NCBI RefSeq assembly: GCF_001194135.2
Contig: NC_068997.1
Span: 39,612,287-39,676,286, forward strand
DNA: 64,000 nucleotides
From: Octopus bimaculoides
Lineage: Eukaryota
Direction of reading: 5' to 3'
A program made the position numbers and the translations under genes. Shown in pieces: positions 59,070 to 64,000 of the stretch. The notes beneath the pieces are model-generated. The model was not told the DNA's origin. It did not search any database and saw nothing but the letters and a program-made list of their open reading frames with translations. Numbering within the stretch: the stretch's first letter is position 1; every line of letters begins with the position of its first letter.

Positions 59070-62030
59070 GGAATTTGTTGTAATTAGAATGCGTTTCAAT
59101 ATTCCTTTGTTTGTTTTGTTACTGGGTATGATGCTTTCTTGCATTCATGCTTTGAGGCAAGTTTTAACACCCAGTCATCAGAGTTTTTTTCAGGTAGGTG
59201 TTTAAGCCAATTGTGATAATCTTCATTGTTAATTCCAATTGTAAAAGTCCATGATCACACTGCTTTCTTGGCAGGTAAAGCCGTTCTATATCTGCCTTAG
59301 GGTCGTGCATTCTATGCATTGTCAACAATATTCGTATTTTTCTGTCAAGATTACATATTTCAGTAATTGACCAGTTTATGATATTGAAACTGTAAGTCAC
59401 GACTGGTATGGCTAAAGTATTGATCGCTTCAATCCTGTTTCTTGCATTCTGCTCTGTCTTGAGTATTGCTCTCACCCTGCGATAACATTCTTTTCTGATC
59501 CTTTTGTCCATCATTGAATGTTTCATTCTCCGTCCCCTTCAAATACTCCTAGGTATTTGTAGCTCTCCGCTGGTTCTGATTACTTTATGACATTCTGCCG
59601 GTCAAGATTAACGTTGGATGATTCTGTCATTTTTCTGTTGATAAAGGTAGCTTTTGCACATTTATCGAGGCCAAATTGCATTCTGATGTCATCACTGAAT
59701 TGTTTAACAATTGCTAGTAAGCCCTGTAGTTGCTGGTCATTTTTTGCAAAGAGCTTTAAATCATCCATGTAAATGAGATGGTTTATATTCTTACCAAACA
59801 CTTTATAGCCGCATTGTTCTTATCGAAAAATTTGGAGAGAGGCATTAAGGTTAGAGAAAAGAGGAGTAGTGATAGAGAGTCACCCTGGAAAATGCCACAT
59901 GAAATTCTTTGAGAGCATTGAGAGATTCATTGTTACTGTTCAAAGTCAGTGTGGTTCTCCATGATTTCATACTTACAGACAAAAAGTTTCGCAGAGTAGG
60001 TGCTATTTTGAGCATTTCCAGACATTTCTTAATCCAGCTATGTGGTAGGCTATCAAAATCTTTTTTATAGTCTATCGAGACTACCGAAAAATATTTGTGT
60101 CGTTTGTGACACTCTTCCAAAATCATCTTATTGATGAGTAGCTGATCTTTACAACCATAGGACCCACGTTTACACCCTTTTTGCCCATTAGGGTATATGC
60201 CACTTTCTTTTAAAAAACTAAATGTATATTCCGTCAAGACAGATGTTAGCATTTTATACATTGTTGTTAAGCAGGTTATGGGTCTATAATTTTTTTGGTT
60301 CATTTGTTTCTTCATTTTTTGGAAGTAGGAATGTTACATAATTAACTAGCCTAGAGGGAATCATACTTGCTTGACGAAAAACATTGTTGTAAAATTTTGT
60401 TAGCAGTTCCTGGCTCTCTGAGAAGACATTTATCCTTTCCTAGAGACTTCAATTTGCTTGACATCCTGAGAGCAGATGTTACATCCTCTACCATGATACC
60501 CTTCCACTTTTTCTCTTCTAGAGAGTCTAAGTCTGTAGATATTCTATCAATCCAAGGAGTCTTTTCATTGTTTGTTTTTTCTTCTACCCATTTTTATTCT
60601 AAAATTCCTGCACTTCTTCTTTTGACGGGACAGACTTTACTATAACTGGTATTTTCCCTATCTTCCTGTAAAACATATTTGGGTTATTTTTGAACATAGT
60701 GTTGTTCTTGAAGGATCTAAGGCGCTTTTCATTTTGCTATGCGTCCAGCTTTAGTACATACCTTTTGCTTGACAGTTTCTATGATGCTATCAATGTCAAG
60801 TATGGTTTCCATATTATATTTTTTCTTTAATTTTCAGGTTTTTGTTGGTTTGATATTCCTGTCAAACTTAAGGTTTTTTAAACATTCCATGTCAGACCTA
60901 AGTAGCTGAATTTGGTGTTGAATACGCTCTTGCCAAGAAGGCTTTTTGTGGGAATGTTATCGTTTTCTAATCTTTTCACGCGGATGCATAGTACAGGTGG
61001 TTGAGATCTGTAATATCAACATCAGTAGCTGAAATTCTCTCTTTACGTGCAAGGTAGATTTTACCAATATTTTCAGGTTTTGGCTAGAACTGCGAATTTT
61101 GGGGAGAGTGCGGCGTTTATTCCTATTGGTTTCTTTAATTTTCAGCCATTCAATCATGATTTGATTTTTTAGATAATCTTGTTCTGTTGGAACAATTTCT
61201 GTGACTTTCTTCATGTATTTGATTTTCATCTGCCTTAGTGTTTATGGTTGGTTCAGAGAGTATTTCACTTTGCTTATCAGTTACATTAACTCCTTCAATC
61301 ATAATTACATTTTCGTAAGACCTGGGTTGGTCTATAATTATTTCTTATGTAGTATCTTCTTTAGCTGAAACTTCGTTCTTTTTATCCCTTACTAATTGTT
61401 TAATTTGATCAATCTCTAATTCAGTATGTAGTTTCTTTTTCATAATGTTTCTTCTGACGTTGGTAAGTTTGTTACTGTCTATGTTGGGTCTTACTTCAAG
61501 GTGTTTCTGTCTGCAGTTTAAGTAGGTTTGTAAAGTATTAGATTTATTTGTCGGGAAATAGATGGCATGATAGAAGGCCTTAAGAACTCCTTTATTATCT
61601 CCCCTAGGCCATTTTCCCTTCTTTTTCTTTTGGTTATTTGATAACGAGCATAGATGGCCATCTGTTGGAATATTCTGGTTGTGGAGTACTTCCAACCTCT
61701 GTGTTTCGGGAAGATTTGAACTAGTAGCTGATTTTTCGTACCCAATCTGGTTCATCGTTCGAGTACGCGGTCCTTGGTGGTTCGGGTGATGGCGGATTCG
61801 GTTTGTATTTTGCTTTGTTATCATTGAGGCATGACGAGCTTGCACGTTGACATTAGGGGACAGATCTGTCTGTTTAGGGTTAATTTTTTGAGACAACACC
61901 GCCTCCGAGTTCTCTGAATGAAAGTATTGCTCGTAACGTAACTTCCTAAGGCTAACAGATCTGTATTCGTCTGTATTTATTTTGTTGATAGATTTATCTC
62001 CGGGCATAGTTTTCGTGGTGTTTTAAAATT
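59070..62030 (-). mobile_element. Large R4/Dong LINE fragment (N-terminal region and RT), frameshifted, 3'-truncated
   Basis: KWPRGDNKGVLKAFYHAIYFP...NKLTNVRRNIMKKK, NYRPITCLTTMYK, QKGCKRGSYGCKDQLLINK, IDYKKDFDSLPHSWI, INHLIYMDDLKLFAK, ERLYLPRK. Confidence 0.93.
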
Positions 62031-62521
62031 ATGAATTGTTCACTCTGTTTGTATAGATTCGAAAAAAAAAAAATTGTTTTGCTTTGTTTTTTTCGTTTTT
62101 TGGCTTCATTTGTGACACGTGTTTTCATATGCGTGTATGTGCATCCTGTAAATTTCGCATAGTTATGTAAACATTGGGATGTATGTGTAGTCCTATAGGT
62201 ATTAAAATGTATATATGATTGTGTAGACATTCGAGTGTATGTGTAAGAAATCAATTTATGTACTTAATGTTTTGTCCCATTTATATTTTATAATTTGTAA
62301 ACTTTCCGATGTTGATTTCGTGAGTATGTTTCGCATATATTTCACTGAAGCATCCTGTTAAGGAGAAACTGTGCATTGTATGGCAGTAAAATTTCGTTTT
62401 TGGCATTAATTTCTTTAAAAGGCCGCTTCTTTCAAGCCTTTCAGAGGTTCCTTTATCCAATTCCACCGATGTTATTAGATTAGATTTGTTTTTGAATGGA
62501 GAGCCCGGTTTAGTACATCCA

Positions 62522-62594
62522 AGTTCTTCTTCTTCTTCTTCTTCTTCTTCTTCTTCTTCTTCTTCTTCTTCTTCTTCTTCTTCTTCTTCTTCTT

Positions 62595-62662
<68 letters not shown>
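62522..62662 (+). repeat. (TTC)n(TTA)n microsatellite (tail of the adjacent R4 copy)
   Basis: Direct reading. Confidence 0.95.
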
Positions 62663-62663
<1 letters not shown>

Positions 62664-63867
62664 GTCTTTGCACAGATTCTAACGCTAGAGATGTACTACG
62701 GTGCCAGCTGTTCCCTACCACTGAACTAATGTAACACCCTTTATTTTTCGAGTATCTGAACGGTTTCAAGCAGTGCTGTTTCTTGCAAGTGCTCCACCCT
62801 TATTGCAGCCCCTATTTGTTTCTTGTACTTTTCAAGATTCTTACACACTGTTCTCAGGGCTCCGACAATTATTGGTTTTACTACGACCTTTTTCAGCGAC
62901 CACAACTGCTTAAACTCCCAAGCTAACCTGTCATATCTATCGACTTTTCTTTCTTCGTTATCGCATTCCTTGTTGTCAGCTGGCCATGTTATATCTATGA
63001 TCCAGTACAGTTTGCTTTGTTTCTCAATTAACACTATGTCTGCCTTCATATTCTGTATCTCATGGTCGCACTGAATCACAAAATCCTATAGGATCTTTGC
63101 ATTATCATTTTGGATGATGCCTTCGGGTTTAAGTTCGTACCACTTTTTTGCTCTCTCAAGTCCATTTTTGTTGCAAGGTGTCCAATGGACAATCCTTGCT
63201 ATATTGTCATGACGCCTCTTATGTTCTTTCTGGGCTAGTGGCGTACATTGACTGGTAATATGCCATACGGTTTCACCATTTTCTCCACAAATCACTTTCT
63301 GTATTTGATGTAATTAGTTTTTAATGCTTGTTCTTGGGCAGCGCAGATTAGAGCTTCCGTTTCCGGTTTTAAATCACTTTTAGTCATCCATTGCCATATT
63401 TTTTTTCGATATTGTTCATGCATTCTTTTCTTTATTCACTTATTTTCAGTTTCATTGATTCTCAAGTCCTTGTACAGTGCTTCATCGTTGCAATTTTCCA
63501 TCCTACACAAACCTGATCTTCTTAATTCCAATAATAGTGGTCCTGTGGAATTTTTTTATATACCAGGCTATGTTGTTTTCTTCTGCTCTAATGCTGTAGT
63601 CGCATCCAATCAGTTCGCTTCCCCTCTTTTTCTTGGTACATACAGTTTGTCTGTGTCACTTCTTGGGTGGAGTATCCCATATCTAGCCTGCAGCTTCCTT
63701 GTCTTTCTGTTTAAGCTGTTTAGTTCCTCTATTCTCAATGCGATTACCCCTGCTCCATATTTAACGAGTGAAACCGCTCAGGTGTTGATAGCTTCAATCT
63801 TATGCTGTCCATTTAATTTCGACTTAAGGATCAGTCTCACTCTTCGCAAGTACTCCATCTTAAACTT

Positions 63868-63868
<1 letters not shown>
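62662..63868 (-). mobile_element. 5'-truncated R4/Dong LINE (thumb, CCHC, REL, 3' UTR)
   Basis: EYLRRVRLILKSKLNG, ICGENGETVWHITSQC, ADIVLIEK..WIIDITWPAD..EERKVDRY, IIVGAL. Confidence 0.93.
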
Positions 63869-63926
<58 letters not shown>

Positions 63927-63950
63927 TTATTATTATTATTATTATTATTG
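63868..63950 (+). repeat. (TAC)n(TAT)n microsatellite
   Basis: Direct reading. Confidence 0.95.
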
Positions 63951-64000
63951 TTCAGTAGTTTTATTTTTATAACGTGCTTTCACTTCACTACCGAGCGCAG

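Noticed and set aside
1-64000. CRISPR arrays, rRNA genes, prokaryotic operons
   Set aside because: No regularly spaced repeat-spacer array or rRNA sequence was seen, and the DNA is eukaryotic and repeat-rich.

Overview
AT-rich, repeat-saturated eukaryotic genomic DNA from a short-read scaffold. There are 12 N-gaps, most flanked by microsatellites. The tRNA-derived SINE families and microsatellite load resemble an octopus genome; this is pattern recognition, not a database result. No intact protein-coding gene is recognisable, and nearly all long ORFs in the track are gap or microsatellite artefacts. The window contains: at least seven decayed R4/Dong-clade LINE fragments (RT, CCHC, REL endonuclease); an RTE LINE split by a Mag-type Gypsy LTR element; an L1/Tx1-like LINE 3' end; an internally deleted Helitron plus a separate Helitron-type 5' end; two mariner derivatives, one built from two 5' ends; a TA-flanked fold-back MITE family (2 copies); about 20 SINE copies from 4 families; and a tRNA-like cloverleaf. 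The most notable signals are a structurally complete minimal type I hammerhead ribozyme (9650-9705, minus) of the Penelope-associated kind with two degenerate relatives, R4 5' junctions falling inside trinucleotide microsatellites, a duplicated tRNA-Ser primer-binding site, and a plausible isolated host exon at 36381-36483 (minus).
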